Part shown: positions 57,065 through 64,000 of the stretch, piece by piece | How positions within the stretch are numbered: the stretch's first letter is position 1 | How the letters are laid out: every line of letters begins with the position of its first letter | DNA from: an uncultured virus (IMG/VR IMGVR_UViG_3300035396_000150) | Lineage: Duplodnaviria; Heunggongvirae; Uroviricota; Caudoviricetes; Crassvirales | DNA: 64,000 nt | Virus record (IMG/VR): IMGVR_UViG_3300035396_000150 | Span: 1 to 64,000 of that record | Reading direction: 5' to 3' (one strand) | Notes under the pieces: model-generated | Seen by the model: the letters and a program-made list of their open reading frames with translations, nothing else | Databases searched by the model: none | What the model was told of the DNA's origin: nothing | Program-made: the position numbers and the translations under genes

Positions 57065-57301
57065 ATGGAAGAATCCCTGATCTTATTTGATGGTGCAGGT
57101 TTCGGAAGATTCGAAAACGGCATTTTCTGGGACAGTGAGAACTGTGCCAGAGGAAGAGCAAAAGATAAGATATTCATCAATATTATTGAGGAATACTTAA
57201 AATTGGATGCTCAAATAGAATTATCCATGAACCCTTTACATGTAGAAGTAGATGTAAAAGGGACGCCATTCTTCCTTTCAATGGTAGAATGGTTTGATTA
57301 A
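57065..57301 (+). CDS. Small hypothetical protein
   Basis: 78 aa ORF with an A-rich leader. Confidence 0.55.
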   Translation: MEESLILFDGAGFGRFENGIFWDSENCARGRAKDKIFINIIEEYLKLDAQIELSMNPLHVEVDVKGTPFFLSMVEWFD

Positions 57302-57536
57302 AAGAATAAATAAGATGTATCACTATCTTCCCTAAGACTAACATAGAAATATGTCCTTAGGTTTCAATATTAACTATACTTTGTTAAATTACCTGAAAGT
57401 TGAATGCATAAGAGCTATGCACAGGAGTAATTTACGTGATAGAGTATATATTATAAACAATCTAAATTAAGATTGTACTTAGTAATAAGTTTATGATAGT
57501 AAATAAGTACAATATTAATACTAAACCTATATAGAT

Positions 57537-57683
57537 ATGTGTGACGATGCAGATGATTTTGTATGGTATTATTGTCCTATGTGTGGATCTTCAACAGATA
57601 CATACAGTAAGTATTATTGTTCCTGTTATGATATAGACAGTAACAATGATACAGATGATAAAGACCTTGACCAACAAGGCTAA
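57537..57683 (+). CDS. Small acidic Cys-rich (zinc-ribbon-like) protein
   Basis: Hand translation: MCDDADDFVWYYCPMCGSSTDTYSKYYCSCYDIDSNNDTDDKDLDQQG* (48 aa, below the ORF track cutoff). Confidence 0.55.
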   Translation: MCDDADDFVWYYCPMCGSSTDTYSKYYCSCYDIDSNNDTDDKDLDQQG

Positions 57684-58663
57684 AACTCGATAAGTTGAGT
57701 AGATAGATACAACCTATCTTAAAATAAAGTAATTAGGTAAAACATACGTGACTAATACTACGAGTCAAAAGGTAGTTAATGGTACGTCCGATTCAGCGTA
57801 TGTTTTATTGGTTGAGAGTGATAGCTTAAACCCTATCTAAGTCCCCTAAGTTAAATAACAAAACTACATTAGTAGTCTTAGGGTACTTTTATATTATTAA
57901 AAACCTATACCATAGTTAGTACATCGCCTCGTTACTAGTGTGGCTTTGTTATTACTATGAAGCAGTATAAATACAGATAGGTGTCTACCAATTGGTTTAT
58001 TCTGTGTATTACAACAGAAAGGATTAGCTGTTTACCTGAATAGCTAATATCGTTAAACTCGATTCGGAAACATATAAAAGTATGTAAGGTAATCCAATCC
58101 CTTGAAATATAGGGGTTGGATTTTAAAGTACTAAGAATAGAGTTATTATATGAATTCAACATGAGTGATTCCGATACAAAAGTAGCAAGGTTGAAACATA
58201 CTATTTAGCATAGGAATAGCTTTATTCTTTTTTTTTTTAACAATACAAAACAAACTCTTTTTCAATTCAAATAAATACTACCTAAAAATAGTGCAGCTGC
58301 AATAAAGCAGAGGATAAATAGTATTTAAAGTAATTTACAACTAAATTTTGGTTAGTAATCTAAATGTTGTAGTATAATGTAATTACACTCGGTGTTAGCA
58401 TTACACTTAGAGCTAACCAAAACTACTAAGGTAGTTGTTATTTGAATTAAAGGTAATAATAGAACGTACTTTAATGAATGTTTACATATAAAGTTATTCC
58501 TTTATAGAGTGTAAATAAGAGATTACTATATAACGAAGTATAAGGGAGAATAGTACTTATACAAGAAATAGCTATTCTTGAATCTTCTAATATTATTATC
58601 CCACCACTTAGTGGAAGAGTTTGTTTTTTAATATAAAAGTATTAACAATCTAAATAAAAAGAA

Positions 58664-60823
58664 ATGGAATTTAAAGAATTTAATCAGAAAGTAAGAGCAC
58701 AATTCAAGAGAATGTGTGAAACAGGAAAGTTATTTAAAAGTAGTATTACTGGACAACAAGTCTGGGATACTTATTTAAGTAGTTTTAAACCGGAAGATAA
58801 TGGTATATTCAGAGACAGTAATAGCTCTGAACATAACTGTAATTGCTGTAAAAACTTTATTAAAAGATATGGTAATATTGTAGCAATTATTGATGGAAAA
58901 CTTGAAAGTATATTTAGTAATTTAGGAGATTGTGGAGAATATAATGAAAGTATTGAAGCATGTAATAAAGAATTAACAAATAGTCCTATTCAAGACGTAT
59001 TTTTTGAAACCTATGATATGCTTGATAGAGGTCTTAACTATGAAAAGACCAACAAAACACAAACTACTTATAAATTAGGTATTGGTACTACACATTTTCA
59101 ATACTCAAAAGAGTATGAAGACCAATACGGTCATAAAAATTCTGGTGGCTCATATAGAGTTCAGTTTGATAAAGTATACGAATTTAACCATTTTGAAGTA
59201 GCTTTACCTAAGCAACTTGTAGATTTTGCTAATAGAAGTATTGATGATATTACCAACGAATACAGAACTAAATATGTTTCTTTTAAGAACACAATGGAAA
59301 CTATTTCTATTGCAACTTACAAAGAAGTATTAGAAGGCATAGCTAAAAAGTATGCAGCTAATAGTGATAAATATATTCCTGTAATAGAATCATTCATAGC
59401 TTTCAAAGAAGAGTATGATAAAGCTACTGATAAGGATTTATTCTGTTGGGAAACATCTTATTCATTAAAAGATTCTATTGCTAAAATGGGTAGTTCTAAC
59501 TTAGGTAATAGTTTATTGAAAGAACTTGAAAGTGGCGAGAAAGAACTTGACCGTATATATCAAGAATTTAATAGAAGAGAAGACCCGGAAAATAAGTTCA
59601 AAACTGAAAAACCATCATCTGTTGGTATGCAACTAGTAGCCAGTAAAGCTATTGAAGAACTAGGTTTAGTTGAACAATTTACAAGTAGAAGACATACTAC
59701 TTTAGATGATGTAAAAGCTAATATAGTTTCTTTTATAAACAGAGATAATGCTAAATCAAAAGTAAATTTGTTTAAAATTGATACATTGGATGATTCTAAT
59801 GTATATAATCCAAAACAATTTGATAAAGTTGATGAAGTAGCCATTAAAGAGTTTTTAGTTAATATGGATAAATATACATCTATTGAATTACTGTTAGAAA
59901 ACAGTATGTCTTTATTTAATATGACAAGTTGCTCTGTTGAAGGTTTAAAACCAATGTTTAAATATGGTAATAACTACAGTTTTACAGTTAATGGTAAAAA
60001 TGCAGGTGAAAGCCAAATTAAACAAGCTGTAAAAGAAAGAGGAGGTAATGTAGAAGCTGTAGTAGCTATTAGATTACATTTTCCTGATACAAGAGAAGAT
60101 TATGATTTGTATGTAGAAGAGCCTAATAGAAACATTATTTATTACGGCAATAAAAGACAAAAACATAACTCAACAGGTATGTTAGATTTGGATGCTCAAG
60201 GAGGAGATGGTCATTTTGAACCTGAAAGAAGAGTAGAAAACTGCACTTGGACAGATTTAAAAAAGATGCCTATAGGGAATTATAAAATTATGGTTAATAG
60301 CCATCCGAAAAATAGAGTAAACACTACATTTTACATGGATATTGAATTAAATGGTGAATTAACTCAATTAAAATTAAAAACATTAGGACTTATAAAGCCT
60401 ATTGTTGCTATTTTTAAATGGAACGGTTTTGAATTTAGTTTAAAAGTGTCCGAATGTATGGAATTATTGGAAAGTAAAACCATGTCTAAAAAGATATGGA
60501 ACTTAGATTCTTTGAAGTTTCATAAAGTAACTTGTATTTGTCTAAGCCCTGACCATTGGAATACTAATATAGGTACATTACATCATTTATTTGCTTTGAA
60601 AGGAGCTTATAATGATCAGCCTATACCAACATTCCATATTGATAATCTGATACCTGAATTACTGCCTAATAGGAAAGCTATTCAATCCTTAATGGATATA
60701 TTAGTAGTTAAACCTGAGGGAGAGCAATTTGCAGGAGTATGTTTTAATGATACTTATACTCGAACTATTATAGTTAGAGTTAGTGAAGACAGCAAAAAGA
60801 AAGTAATTAAAGTACAATTTTAA
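58664..60823 (+). CDS. Conserved phage protein with an N-terminal Cys motif and a C-terminal YfaP/DUF2135-like domain
   Basis: 719 aa. HNCNCCKNF motif; DYDLYVEEP...IYYGNK...GMLDLDAQGG...VENCTW is the YfaP-like signature. Confidence 0.65.
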   Translation: MEFKEFNQKVRAQFKRMCETGKLFKSSITGQQVWDTYLSSFKPEDNGIFRDSNSSEHNCNCCKNFIKRYGNIVAIIDGKLESIFSNLGDCGEYNESIEACNKELTNSPIQDVFFETYDMLDRGLNYEKTNKTQTTYKLGIGTTHFQYSKEYEDQYGHKNSGGSYRVQFDKVYEFNHFEVALPKQLVDFANRSIDDITNEYRTKYVSFKNTMETISIATYKEVLEGIAKKYAANSDKYIPVIESFIAFKEEYDKATDKDLFCWETSYSLKDSIAKMGSSNLGNSLLKELESGEKELDRIYQEFNRREDPENKFKTEKPSSVGMQLVASKAIEELGLVEQFTSRRHTTLDDVKANIVSFINRDNAKSKVNLFKIDTLDDSNVYNPKQFDKVDEVAIKEFLVNMDKYTSIELLLENSMSLFNMTSCSVEGLKPMFKYGNNYSFTVNGKNAGESQIKQAVKERGGNVEAVVAIRLHFPDTREDYDLYVEEPNRNIIYYGNKRQKHNSTGMLDLDAQGGDGHFEPERRVENCTWTDLKKMPIGNYKIMVNSHPKNRVNTTFYMDIELNGELTQLKLKTLGLIKPIVAIFKWNGFEFSLKVSECMELLESKTMSKKIWNLDSLKFHKVTCICLSPDHWNTNIGTLHHLFALKGAYNDQPIPTFHIDNLIPELLPNRKAIQSLMDILVVKPEGEQFAGVCFNDTYTRTIIVRVSEDSKKKVIKVQF

Positions 60824-60942
60824 TTTATAGGAGTAATTTATTCCTAAGGAACTCTGAAGTCTTATTGGTGAATATGTAACCACTCATTTAAACTGATGAA
60901 CAGGAGATTTTTTTTATTTATAAACAATTTAAAAATATAATT

Positions 60943-61347
60943 ATGTTAATTATTGAAAAAGGCTTACAAGCCAAATTACGTTACAATGTAACAGGCAACA
61001 ACACTATTGAAGATTTATATGACTTTAATAGTACGGTATTAGCCGAATTAGGTGGTAAATTATTTGAACAAGTAAAACAGTTTACTTCAGATAATCCATT
61101 TAAAACCATACGTAAAACTAAAGCTCAAGAAAAAGTACAATTAGCCTATGATGTAGTAAAGTACATTTATGATGTGAAAGTAGCTGAAGAGGAATTAGCA
61201 GCATCCTTAACTGAAATTAAAAATGAAGAGCAGGAATTACTTGCTATTGCAGCAATGCAACAACAAGAAGAATTACGTAAAAATCCGGAACTGGTAAAAC
61301 AAAGATTAGCTGAAATACAAGCTAAGAAAGCACAAATTAAAAAATAA
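60943..61347 (+). CDS. Hypothetical coiled-coil protein, likely partner of the 719 aa gene
   Basis: 134 aa. KLRY...G...IEDLYD motif and a helical C-terminus. Confidence 0.65.
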   Translation: MLIIEKGLQAKLRYNVTGNNTIEDLYDFNSTVLAELGGKLFEQVKQFTSDNPFKTIRKTKAQEKVQLAYDVVKYIYDVKVAEEELAASLTEIKNEEQELLAIAAMQQQEELRKNPELVKQRLAEIQAKKAQIKK

Positions 61348-61770
61348 ATTACAATTAAAACCTATATCTGTTCAGGAGAAGAAACAGACGAGTAGTTAGT
61401 AATAACTGCATTATATATTAAATTTCATAGTATATAAAAGAAAAGAAGTAAAATCCAAAATATAAGTATCTTACATATCTAAGTGTAATATATGAAGTTG
61501 ATGGTATGCTGTTTGCAAGATATAGATAAAACTTGTAATACTAAGGAAACCTATGTGTTGAGTGATGAACTCGGTTATAGGACAGCATAAGCACAAAGGA
61601 GTATTATTGTCTTGTATTTATACATTTCAGTATTTAACCTATTAAATTAGGACGAACTTTGGAGAATTAGAAATTAGTTGTGTGAACGTTAAAATGTTTA
61701 TTTCTAATTACTTTGACCCACATATATCGAAAGTGGGAGCTTAAATTAATAATAATCTAAATAAATAAAA

Positions 61771-62043
61771 ATGAACATATACTACTATTTAATAACTGAT
61801 GGTTATAGGGTATATGTAGTACCAAACCATTACTCTCATTCAGTACAATATATACTAAATACAATAGAGTTTGCAAAAACTATATGTACTGTACCTGTAT
61901 TAGAAGAGACAAACGTGGAAGTATTAGGGAAACCTAAATACGATAAGATGATGTCAGTTAAATTTACTTCTAAAACAAAACCAATACAAGGCATAGAACT
62001 TACCAAAGATTCAGGACTCTGGGAATGGTTAAAAAAAGTATAA
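61771..62043 (+). CDS. Hypothetical protein
   Basis: 90 aa ORF with an A-rich leader. Confidence 0.6.
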   Translation: MNIYYYLITDGYRVYVVPNHYSHSVQYILNTIEFAKTICTVPVLEETNVEVLGKPKYDKMMSVKFTSKTKPIQGIELTKDSGLWEWLKKV

Positions 62044-62339
62044 TAGAATTTGGTAGGTAAACCCCTCCTTGAATGGAGATAATAATACCTTTATAGTAAA
62101 TACCGACATGGTTTGTAGAAATACATTTGAGACTGGTTTAAAGTACTGGTGTAGCAGTCGTACTAATTACTATATAAAAATCACTGATATAGATTTCTAA
62201 CCTATATCAAGAACTTATACAACTTCCTATGTACATGGTTGTTGGAATATCTTTTGGTCTCTTCTATTGCAGAATAAAGAGTTACGAGATTTAAATTAAG
62301 TAGGGAGTGTACGGCATGACTATTTCAGGATAGTGCTAA

Positions 62340-62616
62340 TTTGATATACGTTGAAGTATATTGCAGTAATTTGGACAGGGGTTCGATTCCCCTCACCTCC
62401 ACATACAACTTCGCCGTTGTAAACAAGTTAGTAACTAAGCAATTAGTTAAAACCTTGCTAAGTTATAAGGGGGTGTCAGGCTTTCGACAGGTTATGATAG
62501 TAGTGTATGGAGTATATTAAAGCCTATAAATGGCAAAACAATTTCAATTTCAAATGCACCTGTTAGACAGGCTGCATAAGACGTTATTTAGAGGAGTACG
62601 ACAACTCCTCTTCTTT
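62340..62616 (+). ncRNA. ssrA: Circularly permuted (two-piece) tmRNA
   Basis: The acceptor piece comes first: GAC-AGGGG-TTCGATT-CCCCT-CACCTCC-A (62374-62401). After a 67-nt intervening segment comes the coding piece GGGGGTG-TCAGGCTTTCGA (from 62469). The acceptor stem has 7 bp with G3.U70, and three P2 helices pair between the pieces. The tag frame 62532-62579 reads GKTISISNAPVRQAA*. Confidence 0.88.
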
Positions 62617-62617
62617 T
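62590..62617 (+). terminator. Hairpin/terminator closing the tmRNA coding piece
   Basis: AGAGGAGT-ACGACA-ACTCCTCT followed by TCTTTT. Confidence 0.6.
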
Positions 62618-62642
62618 AAAATAATAACTAAAAATCTATAAT

Positions 62643-63191
62643 ATGGTATTTGGAACAACATTTTGTAGCTTATCAAGGCTGCCAATAAATGACGGAGATG
62701 TATGTGTAATATTAAAGTTAAAGGGAACGAGAAACAGGTATAAAGACAATGCTGTAAAAACATCATATGAAATATGTGAACTTCCTAAGGAAATAACATA
62801 TATAGGAAATCCACAATATGATGAAAATATATACCCTGCTATGTTTATACATAAAAGATATTATGAAGAAGTAATGAGCAACTTCTGTGTAAGTTCATAT
62901 AAGTACATGACGGGCAGGCTATTAGATAACTTCGCACATAGGTTATTGGAGAACTTAAATAAGAAGTACAAAAAGTGGGAAAAAACCACTTTAAATAAGA
63001 TAAAAGGTAAAGACGATGTAACAGAATTAGTAAAAGGTATGAAATTAAGCATAGAAGAAGAAATGCTTATAAAGATACTAATATTGATGAGTTACTTGAA
63101 TGCTGTTCCTTATCCTAACTACACTTGTAGTAATAACTCTATTGTAGATAAGTTAGAAATCATAAGGGAAAAAGCAAAGAAACGTAAATAA
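62643..63191 (+). CDS. Hypothetical protein
   Basis: 182 aa ORF with an N-terminal CSLSRLPINDGD motif. Confidence 0.65.
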   Translation: MVFGTTFCSLSRLPINDGDVCVILKLKGTRNRYKDNAVKTSYEICELPKEITYIGNPQYDENIYPAMFIHKRYYEEVMSNFCVSSYKYMTGRLLDNFAHRLLENLNKKYKKWEKTTLNKIKGKDDVTELVKGMKLSIEEEMLIKILILMSYLNAVPYPNYTCSNNSIVDKLEIIREKAKKRK

Positions 63192-63303
63192 TAAGTAATA
63201 GGATATACTCGTGATTTATGACATAGAGTTGAGATAAAGTAACTTCAATAGGGATAACAACCATACCCTATTACTTTTTAAAAAAACATAACATAAAATA
63301 TAG

Positions 63304-63654
63304 ATGAAAGAAGAAGAAATAAGTCATCTGGAAAAAGAAGCAGCTGAATATGCTGAAAAAAGTAAATCACCATTCGAAATAAGAGAAGACTTAGTAACAG
63401 CTACAAGAACATTAATTAAAAAAGCGTATATACAAGGATATTTAAAAAATCAAAAAGAAATGGAAGAAAAATATGAAGATTGGTGTAAAAGGCACAATAT
63501 AGTAAACCCTGAAACATGTAAGGGTTGCACAAATGAAGAAAGTGTTGGGTCAGATATAGACCATTTCATGTTATGGTGTGGTTCTTGCAAAAGAACTGAA
63601 GATACCATAGAAGATAAAGGAAGTAATTATAAAAAAAAGACATGGAATACTTAA
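63304..63654 (+). CDS. Hypothetical protein with two CxxC motifs (putative zinc finger)
   Basis: 116 aa; CKGC and CGSC. Confidence 0.6.
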   Translation: MKEEEISHLEKEAAEYAEKSKSPFEIREDLVTATRTLIKKAYIQGYLKNQKEMEEKYEDWCKRHNIVNPETCKGCTNEESVGSDIDHFMLWCGSCKRTEDTIEDKGSNYKKKTWNT

Positions 63655-63794
63655 CTATTTTAACTATAATAACAGTAGTAATTCTTTCTATTGTTATATT
63701 AAAAATTACTTCTGTATTAGAAGACGATATAAAGAAAGCAAATAAAAGAAGAAAAGAAAAACAATTCAACAAATGGAAGAATGGAATATCTTAA
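63642..63794 (+). CDS. Small single-pass membrane protein
   Basis: Hand translation: MEYLTILTIITVVILSIVILKITSVLEDDIKKANKRRKEKQFNKWKNGIS* (50 aa). Confidence 0.5.
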   Translation: MEYLTILTIITVVILSIVILKITSVLEDDIKKANKRRKEKQFNKWKNGIS

Positions 63795-63849
63795 AGGAAT
63801 TAAAATAAAGAACTAAAAGAACTATTAATTAAACACAATAATAAATAAT

Positions 63850-64000
63850 ATGAAAATAATTAGCATCATAGTAGTTTTATGCTTTGCACTCATAAGCAAA
63901 GCACAGGTAAATGGTAAGATTAGAGACATCTATGATGCTACTCACTTTGCATTTGAAGAAGACATAATATACCTAAGTTCATATGAAGGTAAATTGAAAA
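63850..64000 (+). CDS. Secreted protein (partial) with a signal peptide
   Basis: MKIISIIVVLCFALISKA/QVNGKI: Sec signal with Gln at +1, as is typical of Bacteroidota. Runs off the window. Confidence 0.5.
   Translation, partial: MKIISIIVVLCFALISKAQVNGKIRDIYDATHFAFEEDIIYLSSYEGKLK

Noticed and set aside
54329..58660. CRISPR array or DGR template repeat
   Set aside because: There are no regularly spaced repeats with unique spacers, no reverse transcriptase in the window, and no adenine-variant repeat pair noticed.
60880..60910. CTGATGA resembling a hammerhead ribozyme core
   Set aside because: I could not find the matching GAAA and stems I-III in the right arrangement.
62373..62401. Stand-alone tRNA suggested by the GGTTCGATTCC T-arm
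   Set aside because: There is no upstream acceptor 5' strand, D-arm or anticodon arm. The pairing strand lies downstream, which indicates a permuted tmRNA.
62530..62619. Small ORF MAKQFQFQMHLLDRLHKTLFRGVRQLLFF
   Set aside because: It overlaps the tmRNA tag in another frame and runs through the terminator hairpin. The tag frame ending AA* fits better.
55938..63772. Minus-strand ORFs in the right-hand region (55938, 56989, 57935, 59560, 60701, 62584, 62861, 63566)
   Set aside because: They are antisense to better-supported plus-strand genes or structured regions and have no recognisable features.
1..64000. Stop-codon reassignment (TAG or TGA), as in some crAss-like phages
   Set aside because: Genes are full length in the standard code, TAG and TGA end genes at tight junctions (e.g. 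43448, 31835, 25401), and no suppressor tRNA was seen.

Overview
This is a 64 kb segment of an AT-rich crAss-like (Crassvirales-type) phage genome in the standard genetic code, probably infecting a Bacteroidota host. Bases 1-54.3 kb form one long minus-strand late/virion module. In transcription order it holds a PD-(D/E)xK nuclease, an IHF-like protein, a GIY-YIG endonuclease, a putative small terminase, large terminase, portal, putative scaffold, major capsid, ring and auxiliary capsid proteins, tail hub/fibre genes, a holin-like protein, ring/tube and muzzle proteins, and then the ejected cargo proteins (832, 781, 1966, 3451 aa, plus one >1360 aa protein running off the left edge). The 3451 aa protein is the virion RNA polymerase (DFDID motif), fused to zincin, SLOG-like, NADAR-like and Dda/RecD-like SF1 helicase domains. 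The truncated protein carries an ART-PolyVal-like ADP-ribosyltransferase and a zincin. A ~1.4 kb very AT-rich non-coding strand-switch region (54.3-55.7 kb) precedes plus-strand early genes separated by dense stem-loops. Best findings: (1) a circularly permuted, minimised two-piece tmRNA at ~62.34-62.62 kb with a G3.U70 acceptor stem and tag (A)GKTISISNAPVRQAA; (2) cysteines restricted to the facing termini of consecutive giant ejected proteins, suggesting a head-to-tail disulfide-linked ejection chain; (3) ADP-ribose writer and eraser domains on the injected proteins. All family calls come from motif recognition and gene order; no database search was run.
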